45,273 bases of DNA, from the sequence record SRR22947727_1183, one strand, 5' to 3'. Positions 29,751-44,603 of the stretch are shown in pieces (the first letter of the stretch is position 1; every line of letters begins with the position of its first letter). Position numbers and translations under genes: made by a program. Under the pieces are notes generated by a model, which did no database searches, had not been told where the DNA came from, and saw nothing but the letters and a program-made list of their open reading frames with translations.

Positions 29751-31539
29751 ATGTGACCATTGCTCACATCTGGGTCGTAGTCATAAACCAGTTGATAAGA
29801 CGTGAGGTCGATCTTGAATTTTTTCAGCTTGTTGCCAGAGTCAAGGTCTAGAAAAAAGTCACCAGGCTGAGCGATGTAGCTCGTTCCTATGCCAATGCCA
29901 TCAACCACCTTTGACGTGTGGGTGTCTGGATTGAGATAGATCAGCCGGTCATAGGGGAGAGTGCGCAAATAGTCAGAATGTTTGAACCAGGATTTAGAAA
30001 AAATCAGATTCACGGGCTTCCCTTCACGCCTGGTTTCAATCGCCAAGGTTTGAGCCTGGTCGAAGGTGGCCCGCCAAGATCTCTGGATATTTCGGATTGT
30101 TGTTAGGCGGCCAAGGAACGTTTGGGCAAAACGATGTTCAACGGCCACAATCGCGACGCTCAGTCCAACCCCAATCAACGCAGTGTTCTTCATGGTTGTT
30201 TTACCAAGTAGCCATGGGGCAATCACAAGCGACCACACCATCAAGACATCGATCACCGCGATGAGGTTGACAGGCAAGGCCATATAGCTCGTGCTTTTAA
30301 AGCCCACCAGGATCCAAAGAGCAAGGGCATAGGCCAGAGCACCAACATTGAGGCCATCGATCACCATGATCTGCTGCGGTTTCCGCATTACCTGCGCAAG
30401 GCGCACCAAGACGAACAGCAGAAGGATCACTGTGCGGATATCGAGGTCGAAAGCCGAAAAGCTCAGGTTGGCGTCATACCGCTGGTCACCTAGGTAAAGG
30501 CTTGGGAGAAGGCTCAACCAAATGAACGACGCTATAAACATGGGCGCCAAACAAAGAAGATTGAGCTCCAACCTCTGCTCTTGAACCCACTTGCGTGGAG
30601 GGCTTGTGATCAACATTGCCAGGGCCGGAACGATGAACAGCACAATCGCGCTGTCTTTTACAAAGGTGCCGATCAATGCCCAGAGAATCGCTAAAAAACC
30701 CAGCCGAGTCTCTCCTGTTTGCTGATAACGGAACCAGTGAAAGCCGAACAACGCCAACAGCAAAGTGAGCAACCGTTCGCTGTAGATGAACTGAAAGTAG
30801 TTGTAAGCAGAAGAACTGGTGAACAGGTAAAGAATGCAGGCGATCAGAAGCAAAACAGGTGCGGTCGCTTGCACGCCCTGGCGCTTTCCTGACCTGCAAC
30901 TTTGTTGCACCAATGCCACGCTGAGACCAATCGTGCCAACCAGTTGTGCGGAGCTCACCAGCGCCCAGACCCTGGGGTAAGGGGTCAACCAACTGAGGAT
31001 ATGCAGGTCTTGGTGGGAGAGAGGAAAGAAGCGGAAGTCGTTGCGCCCCATTGCTTCTCCGACGAAGCTGGGATGAAGGCTGAAGTTGTTAAGCAGAAGC
31101 CCGTTATGGATATCGTCAAACCAGGTCACAATTTCCTTGTAGAACCAGCTGCTCTCACCCACCATCACCACCGAATAGGTAATCAATAGTCCGCAGGCGA
31201 TGGGGTGATTGCGCAGAAATCGACACCCCGAAGACCAAAGACTTTCGGCACGGTGTTGGTGTTGTCTCTGGGTCTTATCTCCACCAGGAAAGCCGAGAGC
31301 GGCGGCAAATAAGAGAGCCGCCGACACAGCCACAAAGAGAATCACCCAGAGCTGATGGGCGACCGCGTTGTAGTTCTCCAGCAGTGTTGATCCCTGCGGA
31401 AGCAAAGGATCAGGAAGCTGGTCTCTATGTTTCACCAACCAAACACAAAGGCTGAGTCCAACCAGAATCAGAACACTGGAGATCCCCGCCAGCCAGGGCA
31501 GCAGCCTGTCAATCAGACGAGCTGTGAACGAGCGCGCTT

Positions 31540-31543
<4 letters not shown>
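29729..31543 (-). CDS. Multi-pass membrane protein, possible GT-C glycosyltransferase (paralog 1)
   Basis: 604 aa, many TM segments; FRFFPLSHQD, QFIYSER, FVKD, DGLN, LPVNL; soluble C-terminal domain. Confidence 0.75.
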
Positions 31544-35004
<3,461 letters not shown>

Positions 35005-35011
35005 ACCAGCG

Positions 35012-35872
35012 ATGAGTGATACGAGCGAAGAAAGGTCGATTCAGCGCAGCGTGGTAGCTGTGCCAGCCCGACTGGCCTCCTCCCGTCTGCCCGACAAGGT
35101 GCTCGCTGATATCGGTGGCAAGCCAATGATTCAACGGGTCTTAGAACAATGCGCCAAGGCTCATGGGCCTGCGGTGGTAGTGCTTTGTACTGACAGCACA
35201 CGTTTGCGTGATTTAGCTGAGAAATGGGGCTTCTCGGTGTTGATGACCGCAGAGACCTGCAGCTCCGGCAGCGAGCGAATTGCCTCAGTGGCGGAGCCAT
35301 TGGTGGCCAAGGCCTGGGGTGAAGACGCAAAACAGTGGGACGCCACAACCCGAAAGCAGCGTTTGATCAGCACCGCAGTCATCAATGTGCAAGGGGATCA
35401 GCCGTTTCTGGATCCAGCTGTCGTGACGGAAATGGTGGGTGAGTTTGGCAAGCGGCAGCCTGTACCGGCGGTGGTCACACCGGTGTATCGGCTTCCACCC
35501 GACACCATTCACAACCCTGCCGTCGTAAAGACGTTGCTGGCCCATGACGGGCGGGCGCTCTACTTCTCCCGATCTGCCATACCCCATGTCCGCGATGTGG
35601 ACCCCAAGGAATGGCATCAGCACACCCCTTACTGGGGCCATGTAGGCATGTACGGATTTCGTGGTGATGTGCTCGCTGCTTGGGATCAGCTGCCTGCCTC
35701 CCCCCTCGAGGATCTAGAGCGCCTGGAGCAATTGCGCTTGATCGAGGCTGGTCACACAATTGCCACCTTCACTGTTGAAGGCACGTCATTGTCGGTGGAT
35801 ACAAGAGAGCAGCTGGACCAGGCTCGTCAAATCGCGGCGGAAGAGAGCAAAGCAGACTTTGGTGCCCATTAG
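35012..35872 (+). CDS. kdsB: CMP-Kdo synthetase
   Basis: PARLASSRLPDK, SGSERI, INVQGDQP, ALYFSRSAIP, LEQLR, SVDT. Confidence 0.96.
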   Translation: MSDTSEERSIQRSVVAVPARLASSRLPDKVLADIGGKPMIQRVLEQCAKAHGPAVVVLCTDSTRLRDLAEKWGFSVLMTAETCSSGSERIASVAEPLVAKAWGEDAKQWDATTRKQRLISTAVINVQGDQPFLDPAVVTEMVGEFGKRQPVPAVVTPVYRLPPDTIHNPAVVKTLLAHDGRALYFSRSAIPHVRDVDPKEWHQHTPYWGHVGMYGFRGDVLAAWDQLPASPLEDLERLEQLRLIEAGHTIATFTVEGTSLSVDTREQLDQARQIAAEESKADFGAH

Positions 35873-36755
35873 TGGCTGCACCAACGGCTTGCGGTGGGCC
35901 AAAGCTGGTTGAAATCCGCCTGAGGGAAAAGGCGAGTCGCTCTCTTTAAATCTCCGGCTTGCAGCCGACCCAGCTCCGCCAGTATGTCGCGGGGATCTCG
36001 TTTTTCGTGGCACTCACATTCACCTTCTCCCCCCACACAGGCTCCACAAAGGGGATGGTCAGAAAGCGGCAGAGTTCGTTGTAAGAGCTTGGGCTGAACA
36101 AGGTCTCAAAAAGACCGATGAAACAGTTCTCGAGTCCGAACGCCCGATCAAGAGCATCAAGGGTCTGGCCGTAATTGCTGCGTAAGCCCCTTCCTTTCGC
36201 CACTCTTTTACGCAGGCTCTCCACTTCCGATCTCGCATCGCGCTGGCCCTGTTTGCGCAATTTCATCCGCTGACTCGAGATGATCCTCTCTATGGGATCA
36301 CGCATCAGAAACACTGGTCGCACTGAAATAGCACGTCGCTCAAAGTTTGTTTTGATTTCCTCCAAGGCCTCCGCACTGAGCAGGGCATAGGAGGGGGTGA
36401 TGTCCCCTGTAAGCAGGATCTGAGAGCCGCGGAGCCTTGGGCGATGGAGCAACCAGGCGAAATAGTCGCTGTAGAGCTCTGGATTGTGAATGAACCACTG
36501 GCGCATCCAGCTGCGAGGTTGAATCCAAGTGCGAGGCTGACTGAATTTGGTTTGGGGCTGGAAACGGACGAGCTCAGGCACCGTTCGAGCGTCATGCACG
36601 TGATACTCCTTCAAGAATCCAAAATCGGCATCACGGCGCCTGTGAAGCTGCTGATGCAACCAGGAGGTACCGGCCTTCTGAGCACCTACCCCCAGCAGGA
36701 ACACCCCAGCTTCACCAGCTGCTGGCTGGGAGCAATCACTGATTCGATCAGTCAT
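35869..36755 (-). CDS. Sulfotransferase family protein with an apparent frameshift near the 3' end
   Basis: GVGAQKAGTSWL, KEYH, GDITPSY, MRDPIER; after EIP (~35990) another frame reads DILAELGRLQ...LWPTASRWCSH* ending at 35869; the called frame stops at 35946. Confidence 0.8.
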
Positions 36756-37311
36756 TACGGTCTCTCCAGCCGTTGCTGCAGAGGACAGCCCAATCGCCCC
36801 TTGCCTTGAGGATCCGTTCGGCCAGTTCACGGACAGCGCCGTGGCCGCCCCTATGGAGAAGCACTGCATCGGCATTTCGCCGCACCGCAGGGCAGGCATC
36901 CAGTGGGGTCACGAGCAAGTTCACCTGATGACGTACAGCCAAGTCATTCAGATCGTCGCCAACAAAAGCAGTGGTTGCTTGACTGACGCCAAGCTCTTGT
37001 TGAAGAGCCAACAGGGCTGCGGGCTTGTCCTTGATGCCCACTAAGCAATGGCTGATGCCAAGTTGTTTGGCTCTCACCTCCGTTGCGCCGCCTTTGCCAC
37101 CACTGAGGAAGGCCAATGTCAAGCCGGCTTGCTGCAGTAGGCGAATGCCGAGGCCATCGCGCACATCAAAGCGCTTCTGGAGCAAACCATTGGAATCAAA
37201 CCAAAGGCCACCGTCGGTCAACACACCATCGACATCAAGCACGAGCAGTTCAATTCGGCGCAATGCCCTTCGTTTTTGACGCCATTGCCATTCACTAAAC
37301 AGTTTTCGCAT
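36748..37311 (-). CDS. kdsC: Kdo-8-phosphate phosphatase (HAD family)
   Basis: LDVDGVLTDG, FDVRDGLG, GDDLND, GGHGAVRE. Confidence 0.93.
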   Translation of the reverse strand: MRKLFSEWQWRQKRRALRRIELLVLDVDGVLTDGGLWFDSNGLLQKRFDVRDGLGIRLLQQAGLTLAFLSGGKGGATEVRAKQLGISHCLVGIKDKPAALLALQQELGVSQATTAFVGDDLNDLAVRHQVNLLVTPLDACPAVRRNADAVLLHRGGHGAVRELAERILKARGDWAVLCSNGWRDRND

Positions 37312-37648
37312 GCTTGAGGGGCTATCCCAGTTGTGGCATCACGGCCTGAACGAGATCGGGATGTCTCATATAAACTTTATAGGCCTCAGGGCTAGACACT
37401 CTTGAAAAGCAAACGTCAAATCTTGCATAAATAATGTTCAGGGGATTTCCCAAGACTTAATTGCTCTATCCGCCAATAAAATCCATCCTTCCTCAATCTC
37501 GATCACATCATTAGCACACAAATCCTAAGCATACAATAACTCGCCAATATTTAGGGCTACCTTTTTGAAAAGTACCTGATTAGAATTTTAACACGCAAAG
37601 AAAACATACTGCTCATCCTTTTGCACGCCAAGCCAATTAACTCAAACT

Positions 37649-38768
37649 TTAATGAATATTTTTTCTATAAAGGAAATGCAAAAGAGAAAAAGTTGTTAAT
37701 GCAGTTAAAATCATTACGAACAAATTTGTTTCAATAGAAAAGGATCTAGATGCATAGCTTCCGAGGGCATTAGTAAATTGAGCGTAGCCAAAAAGCCGCG
37801 TAGCCAGGTATGCAAGCAAAGAGTTGGATCCAATTACTTTGAACAGATAAAACGGTTTTTTTATATTTTTTACATCCGCAATACCGTATAGAGCTGAGTA
37901 AAAAAGGATGCTTATTCCTCCTGAAACTGCGCAGAAACTGCTTGTCCACAACGCTTTTATAATGGAATAGTGTGAATCTGCGATTAGACCGACCAGAATA
38001 AGCGTCACTCCAGTCACGAAGGGGAGAATCACTTTTCGCCTAAAACGCAAATTTCTTTCTTGAATTGGCGCTAATTGATTAGAAGTCCAAGCCCCAAAAA
38101 GACACAACGTGGAGGCCGAAATCCAATTTAATGGCCCCTCTGGATCAAAAGTTCCGTTCAATAGTCTCCCAGGAACAAGAGCTGAATCGATCAAGCTGTT
38201 GATATTATTACCAGGATAAATTTCTTCACTCAGGGAGGATCCTGGCATCAGTATCTGAAGGCCAGCAATCAACAGCATGATCCCGATAGCACTAGCTGGT
38301 AAACGATTACTTCGCGGGCTAACAAGATAGATAATAACGCAAATAAAATAGCTAACACCAATCTGAGCAAGAACACTACAAAGCCTTGGATTGGCAAAAT
38401 TATGACTTGTCCATTCGTTGTACATGACTCCAATGAATAACAAAACAAGTGCTCTTCGAAGAGCTTTAAAAGCAATTTTAAAATTACTTACGCCCTTCTG
38501 CTTCATTCGCAAAATTGAGTAAGGGATTGTCGCTCCTGACGCAAAAATAAAAAAAAGGAAATATTAAATCGAAGAATCTCAGCCCTACCCAGCTTGCATG
38601 CTTCATCTGCGTGGCCAATCCGTCCAGTCCTCCGATCGAGCTATGAAGGGCAAGCTCCCCAACAATCGCTGCGCCGCCGATCAGCCAGAACATGCTGAAA
38701 CCACGCATTATGTCAAGTGAATCGACTCGCGCTCTTGGCTTTATTCTTGCAAGCTTGCCTGAGGTCAT
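37649..38768 (-). pseudogene. HGSNAT/DUF5009 (NagX-like) membrane acetyltransferase, frameshifted at an A8 run
   Basis: RVDSLDIMRG, DLIFPFF, VLAQIG, FDPEG, IKALWTSSF, IGSNSL; removing one A at 38549-38556 fuses the 94-aa and 287-aa ORFs; AT-rich. Confidence 0.82.
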
Positions 38769-39002
38769 TCAACAAATAGCGAGTTACCATGACCGGCTTG
38801 ATATTCATCTAGCCTTGGCATGATTTCCATCAACACATTAACGGTTAATACTGCTTAGCCTTAGATTAAACACAAGTTCATGCACCAACTCTGCAAAGGC
38901 ATAGTTCGATCATTCCCAATCGAATTTTGTTTAGCCATAAGCAAGGGTTCATCGCAAATTAAGCCTTTAACGTAACACCGCTTCATGGGAAGTTTTCTGA
39001 TT

Positions 39003-39989
39003 TCAAGTCAGTCCCGCCTGCACCAGATCATGGAGACGCAGCAGACCCTCGAGCTGCCCATGGGCATTCACCACCGGCAGCACAGAAATTGGTTTTCGTC
39101 GGTTGTGCTCCATCCGCTTCATCGCCTCCACCGCCATCAACTCAGACGTCACAGTGATTGGATCAGCAGTCATCAGATCGCTGGCCTGCAAATGAGCCCA
39201 TCGATCACTGTTGTTCTCTTTGAGTGCCCGGCGAAGGTCTCCATCAGTAATCAACCCCACAAGCCGGCCCTGGGACCCTGGGTCTTCCACCCAGCCACTG
39301 CCAATGGCTCCTTGCGTGAGCATGCTGATCACGTCGGGCATGGAAGTGCTGGGTTGCAGCGCCGGCAGCGACGAAACGGGCAACATCAGATCGGCAACCG
39401 TCATCGTGAGTTGTTTGCCAAGCGAGCCAGCCGGGTGATTGATCGCAAAATCCGCTGGAGAGATGCCGCGGCGTTCCATCCACACGGCTGCCAAAGCATC
39501 ACCAATAGCCATAGCTACGGCTGTGCTAGCGGTTGGAGCGAGATTGAGCGGGCAGACCTCACGATCGACGGAGGCCTCCAGCACCACGTCGCTGCCTCGA
39601 GCCAACGAGGAATCGGCCCGGCCAACGAGGGCAATCCGAGATGTGCCGCGACGTTTCAAATGGGGGAGAACGTCCAAAAGTTCACCGGTTTCTCCACTGT
39701 TAGACAGCAACAGGCAGACATCATCAGAGGCAACCACCCCTAGATCCCCATGCAAGGCATCAAGGGGATTGAGGTAGAGGGCCATGAGGCCGATCGACGA
39801 AAAGGTGGCCGCAATCTTGCGGGCGACGATGCCACTTTTCCCCACACCAGTGATCACAAGCTTGGCTTTGCGATCAGCACAACGCTCGAGCAGTTCCAAC
39901 GCTCCTTCCACTTGTTCGCCGCTGAGGCGATCGGCGGCGGCGGCAATGGCCGCTGCTTCCTCCTGCAGGCAACGAGTGAGGGCAGACAA
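39003..39989 (-). CDS. kdsD: Arabinose-5-phosphate isomerase, KpsF/GutQ family
   Basis: TGVGKSG, HGDLG, SNSGET, LAPTAST, HPAGSLG plus CBS pair; start taken as TTG 39989. Confidence 0.93.
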   Translation of the reverse strand: MSALTRCLQEEAAAIAAAADRLSGEQVEGALELLERCADRKAKLVITGVGKSGIVARKIAATFSSIGLMALYLNPLDALHGDLGVVASDDVCLLLSNSGETGELLDVLPHLKRRGTSRIALVGRADSSLARGSDVVLEASVDREVCPLNLAPTASTAVAMAIGDALAAVWMERRGISPADFAINHPAGSLGKQLTMTVADLMLPVSSLPALQPSTSMPDVISMLTQGAIGSGWVEDPGSQGRLVGLITDGDLRRALKENNSDRWAHLQASDLMTADPITVTSELMAVEAMKRMEHNRRKPISVLPVVNAHGQLEGLLRLHDLVQAGLT

Positions 39990-40067
39990 GGGATAAGAAG
40001 CAAATCTTGCTTTGATTCTGGGCCCTAGCGGCAGCCCGTAGGCTTTGTTCGTATCACTGCCGCAATC

Positions 40068-41342
40068 GTGATCAAGGCTCTGAAGGCTATAGCTCTGTTG
40101 CCTGAACGCCTTGGTGGGCCGCCACTGGCTCAGGCCACATTGGCTCTTCTGGTCATGATCACCCCCTGTTGGCAGCAAGGGCCACTCATAGCTGCCCGAC
40201 TATGTACCAAGAAACGTTGGTTTGCCGCAGCAACGCGCATTGGAGAAAAGGGCTTACGACGAGATCCGAAGGATGTTGCTTTGCGGCTCATAGTGGCTGA
40301 TTCTTATTTGGCCATGCGGGAACTGGAACCGGCTCTGCGGCACGCGCAGACGCTGATCAAAACAGATCCTGATGGCTTCGATGGATTTCATCTCGCCAGT
40401 GAAAGCCTGCAATGCCTGGGGCGCTCAGACGAGGCGATTGCCTTGTTGGAGGAGGGTTTCGCGCGATGTGCGGATAGCGATTCCGCGGCTCAGAAGGGAC
40501 GATCCCGTCACGTGCAGCGTCATCTTCAGGCCTATCTAAAACGAGATTGGTATCCCCTTTCCTACCTCTGGAGAGCAGCAGTGCTCACTTCAGAACAACA
40601 GCCTGTGTTTGCGATCGCTGCAGACGATCTGTGTTTCCGCCCCCAAGCCTTTCAATATTGGAGTCAGGGTGAGGCACCCGCAGATGTGCAGGAGCTCACC
40701 GCGCGATGGAATCAGCTGCTGAAAACGCTGGGTCTCGAGCCTATTCAGGTGTTCAACCAGCATTCAGCTCGAGCCTGGATCATGAGCAATCAGCCCGATT
40801 TTTTGCTGTCGTTTGACTCAGCACCTCACTACGCCGCAGAGTCGGATGTCTTTCGCTTGGCCTACGCAATCAGCGGTGATGCTTTCTGGATCGACAGCGA
40901 TCTGGCGCCAGCAGAGCAAGCCTCAGCAGTGCTCAACGTAGCCTTGCGGCGGGACGCGAGCCTGTTGTTTTTGAAGCGCAAGGTTCCTTATTTACAGAGC
41001 AGTGCCTTCGTCGCCCGGGCTGGTTGCCCCTATTTCGCGGCAATAGCGGAACCATTGAGAGGGTTCAACTACGGAGCAGCTGAGTGGGCTGCGGTGAGCC
41101 GTCTGCATTTGATCCACGATTGTTAGTTTGGGCCCGCCACCTATGCCCAGGCCCTCGAGAAACTATGTGCAAATCAGGGGCCAGCAATCCCCTGCCATGA
41201 CGACTTGCCTCTGCTCCAGCAGATGCACTTTGAGAGCTTCAGCCTGTCCTTTTTTAGCGGAGAGCGTTTGGTACAGGGAGCAGGAAAACGCCTTGCCTAC
41301 AAGCGATCTAGTGACAACTGAAAAGTATGGCCCCGTAGCTGA
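40068..41342 (+). pseudogene. TPR-like repeat plus DxD glycosyltransferase-like protein with in-frame stops
   Basis: TPR-like N-terminus; FQYWSQ, ESDVFRL, WIDSD; frame continues past TAG 41124 (FGPATY...YKRSSDN*KVWPRS*) to 41342, abutting the next ATG. Confidence 0.65.
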
Positions 41343-42437
41343 ATGGGTTTGCTCGCTTTTTCAAGACGCTCTTTGGGGCTCCATTCCCCCCCGCCACGAC
41401 CGTCTCCAGTGTGTTGTTCTCCTGATGGGCCGCATCGACTTGTTGCCTATCTGACTGAAGGATCCCAAGGGTGGATTTTGGATTTTCTTTGGCGAGATAT
41501 TTCCGCAAGCGGAGTGTGGGGAGAGAAAGACAGCCCTGAGCTCTGTGTTGCATCAGATCGGGACAGCCTCGCGGCAGTGATGGAGGGCGCTAACGCCTTC
41601 GTATTAGTGATGTTTCAAGGGCACCTAAACCAGTTGCTACGCGATGACATTCCTGCTGAGCGCGTCATTTTGTATCTAAGCCACGTACGCATTGGCTTAG
41701 CCCTGCCCGATCTCAATCAACTCCATGCCGTGCTGGCCCTGAACGCACAAGAACAGGCATTGCTGATGATTCAAGGGATGGACTCACGGCTTTTGCAGCG
41801 TTTTAGAGCTGGCTTCGACCCAAATCTGTTTTTTCCAGGTCCTCCCTTAAATCAGCGTGCGATTGATGTGCTGGTCGTAGGCCGTTACGTGGGGTCTCAC
41901 AACAACAATTACCACCGTCGTAAACGCTTCTCTTTCCTTTGTGATCTCTTGGCCATTCTTGTCGACAAAGACATTCAGGTGGCGTTAATCGGTCCTGGAT
42001 GGGATAGCTGTGAGTACCCCTTGCCTTCTGCCGTGCAGCAAATCGATTGTTCACATCCTGCCTATGGAGCTGTCTATCGCTCTAGTCGCTTGGTCATTTC
42101 GGTAGCCGCACAGGAGGGGGGGCCAGTATCTTTTTTGGAGGGCCTTGCGAGTGGCTGCCTGATGCTGTCAGTGTCCACTGGTTTTGCTGCAGAGTTTCAA
42201 TCTGGTAACGATGGAATTTGGCATTTGCCGATTACAGCCAATGCACAGCAATGGTGTGAACAGATTCAATCTTGTTCGAAGACAACATCCGAGAATGAGT
42301 TGATGGTCGGAGGATCACTCTCTCCAGCACGTAAAGCCTTCCTGAAAGAAGCCTCTTTCGATCATCTAGCGCAGCAATTGAGTCAGATAGTGGGCCAACC
42401 GGTATTAAACAGCAGAAAAGAGAGCTTGGATGGTTAA
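41343..42437 (+). CDS. GT-B glycosyltransferase-like protein
   Basis: GFDPNLFFP, RRKR, GPGW, EGGPVSFLEGLASG. Confidence 0.8.
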   Translation: MGLLAFSRRSLGLHSPPPRPSPVCCSPDGPHRLVAYLTEGSQGWILDFLWRDISASGVWGEKDSPELCVASDRDSLAAVMEGANAFVLVMFQGHLNQLLRDDIPAERVILYLSHVRIGLALPDLNQLHAVLALNAQEQALLMIQGMDSRLLQRFRAGFDPNLFFPGPPLNQRAIDVLVVGRYVGSHNNNYHRRKRFSFLCDLLAILVDKDIQVALIGPGWDSCEYPLPSAVQQIDCSHPAYGAVYRSSRLVISVAAQEGGPVSFLEGLASGCLMLSVSTGFAAEFQSGNDGIWHLPITANAQQWCEQIQSCSKTTSENELMVGGSLSPARKAFLKEASFDHLAQQLSQIVGQPVLNSRKESLDG

Positions 42438-43661
42438 CCAAGTGCCCTTACCGCTTCCTGGCATCCCTCCGACGGTGCTGGAGGCACTTCAACGGCAAGT
42501 AGAGATTCAAGGGAGCAAGCGGCTGGCCTTGGTGGGGGGTGCCGTGAGGGATGCTCTACTCCACAATCGGCATCAAGATCCTTGGCGGTCTCTTCCAGAC
42601 CTGGATTTGGTGATGGAGGGCTTGAGTGAGCAGCTGGCCTTGGGATTGCGAGAGCGTCTTGGGCTTGAGCGGGTGCCAGAGCTGCGAGTCCATGGCTGCT
42701 TCGGCACCGTCGAGCTGATACTCGATGGCGTGAAATTGGATCTGGCCCAGGCACGCAAGGAGTACTACCCCGCCCCAGGGGAAAACCCTTTGATTGAACC
42801 GGGGCCACTGATGAGTGATTTGGCTCGCAGAGATTTCACTGTTAACGCCATGGCCCTGGTGCTGCCAGAGGGAGATGGTGAGCCTGAATTGCTTGATCCC
42901 CATGGTGGCCAGGTTGATCTAGCGGCGCGTCAGCTCAACTTCCTGCATGAGGGGAGTGTGGCCGACGACCCCACACGAGTGTTTCGCGGAGCTCGCTATG
43001 CAGCGCGTCTCAACTTCGAATTGGCTGTACCTGCTCTGGCGCAGCTTCAGCGCACAATTGCTGAGTGGCCCTGGCACTGGCGCCCAGGACACGAGCCCAT
43101 TGCGGTTCCCCCCGCCTTGGGCACGCGCCTTCGCATGGAGTTGGAGCTGCTGTTTCTCAGGGAGCCCTGGCGCGAAGCGATCACGCATTTGCAGGCTTGG
43201 AAGGCCCTGCCCTTGCTTGATCAACAGCTCCAGAATGATGACCTTCTCAAGAGGCATCTGCATCGGGCGGAGCGATTGGGACTGCCACTGCTTTTGGTTC
43301 TCGTGGCTGCTAGCGCTAACCCGCTGGGCCTTGCTCAGCGGGTTAGCGCTAGCAGCAGCAACGCATTGATTTCAAGACCTGGCTAGCCAATGAGATGCAG
43401 CAGAAGCATTGGCAGGACTGGGATCTAGCCCAATGGAGTGAAGCTCTGGAAGCACGCCCCTGGAGCCCTGAAGTGGTAGCCCTCACGGTGGCCTTCGCTG
43501 AGCCCTATTGGCGCCCTGTTTTGCGCTGGTGGGGCCGCTGGCGCCATGTGTCGCCAGCGCAGTCGGCACGCACTTTGATGGACCAAGGGATACAACCCGG
43601 CCCCCAACTAGGGGAGGCCCTCCGGCAATCACGTTTTCAACGACTGAAGACGATGCGTTGA
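42430..43661 (+). CDS. tRNA nucleotidyltransferase (CCA/A-adding class II), frame broken near 43340
   Basis: VGGAVRD, DLDLV, FGT, DLARRDFTVNAMA, DDPTR..R..RY; C-terminal GIQPGPQLGEAL lies in the separate ORF 43395..43661. Confidence 0.88.
43306..43356. repeat. Perfect 21-bp inverted repeat with 9-nt spacer
   Basis: GCTGCTAGCGCTAACCCGCTG-ggccttgct-CAGCGGGTTAGCGCTAGCAGC. Confidence 0.95.
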
Positions 43662-43711
43662 GCGTTGAACCGTGGGGAAGAGCTCTGATTAAAGTTTGAA
43701 TACAGCTGAGT

Positions 43712-44602
43712 ATGTCGGGAGTGACATCACCGCGAAGCCAGCAGCCCCTGAAGCCAAGGGTTCTCTACATCACCAGCAGGGGCCATAGCGGATCCACCTT
43801 GCTGTCTTTGCTCACAAGTGGACACAGCCAAGTCGTCAGTGCCGGTGAGCTGAAAATGCTCACCAACCCTGACCCAGAGCGGCGTCTTTGCAGTTGTCAT
43901 CGCCTCGTACCTGACCAGTGCCCCTTTTGGGGAGTGGTACAAAAACGAGTGCTAGCAGCCGTGGGGCGCCCCCTCGATCAGCTCGTGCTTGGTGATAACG
44001 GCGACGATTCCAGCTTTCTGACTGATAACGAAGCCCTCTTTGCCGCGATCACGGCTGTGAGCGGTGCTGCGTTGATTGTTGACTCCTCCAAATCTTTGCC
44101 GCGTCTCTCCCGGTTGCTCTCTGCCGAAGCCCAAGGTGCTGCATTTGCCCTCCATCCAGTCCATCTGCACCGCGGCCCCTTTGGCTCAATGAACAGTGCC
44201 CGAAAAAAAGGCGATCAGCTGCGCCAAGCGGCTTACAACTACACCCGCCTTTTTTTCCTATCTCGCGAACTTCTGCAAGGGAGCACAGCTTTACTGATTT
44301 ATTACGAGCAGTTGGCCTCCAACCCGCGCGCTGAAATGGCACGGGTGATGGATTGGCTGCAACTTCCCTTAGAGGAGAGTCAGTTCCACTGGCGTGATGG
44401 GGTACGCCGAGACATCCATGGCAATGCCATGCGATTTGATAGTTCCGATCAAATCTGTCTCGACCAAAGCTGGCGACGCCAACTGTCGATTGGACAAAAA
44501 TTAGGGGTATTGGCGTGGACATTACCGGTGCGGTTACGTTCTGCTTGGTTGTTTCGCCGCCTGCGCCTCTGGATCAAACCCGGGGTTCATCCCTTCCCAT
44601 GA
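43712..44602 (+). CDS. Sulfotransferase family protein (paralog of 28887..29750)
   Basis: GHSGSTLL, CSCH..CPFW, VDSSK, YEQL, HGNAMRF. Confidence 0.85.
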   Translation: MSGVTSPRSQQPLKPRVLYITSRGHSGSTLLSLLTSGHSQVVSAGELKMLTNPDPERRLCSCHRLVPDQCPFWGVVQKRVLAAVGRPLDQLVLGDNGDDSSFLTDNEALFAAITAVSGAALIVDSSKSLPRLSRLLSAEAQGAAFALHPVHLHRGPFGSMNSARKKGDQLRQAAYNYTRLFFLSRELLQGSTALLIYYEQLASNPRAEMARVMDWLQLPLEESQFHWRDGVRRDIHGNAMRFDSSDQICLDQSWRRQLSIGQKLGVLAWTLPVRLRSAWLFRRLRLWIKPGVHPFP

Positions 44603-44603
44603 T

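Noticed and set aside
41128-41454. 108-aa ORF between the TPR gene and the next glycosyltransferase
   Set aside because: Out-of-frame overlay; the region is better explained by read-through of the 40068 frame
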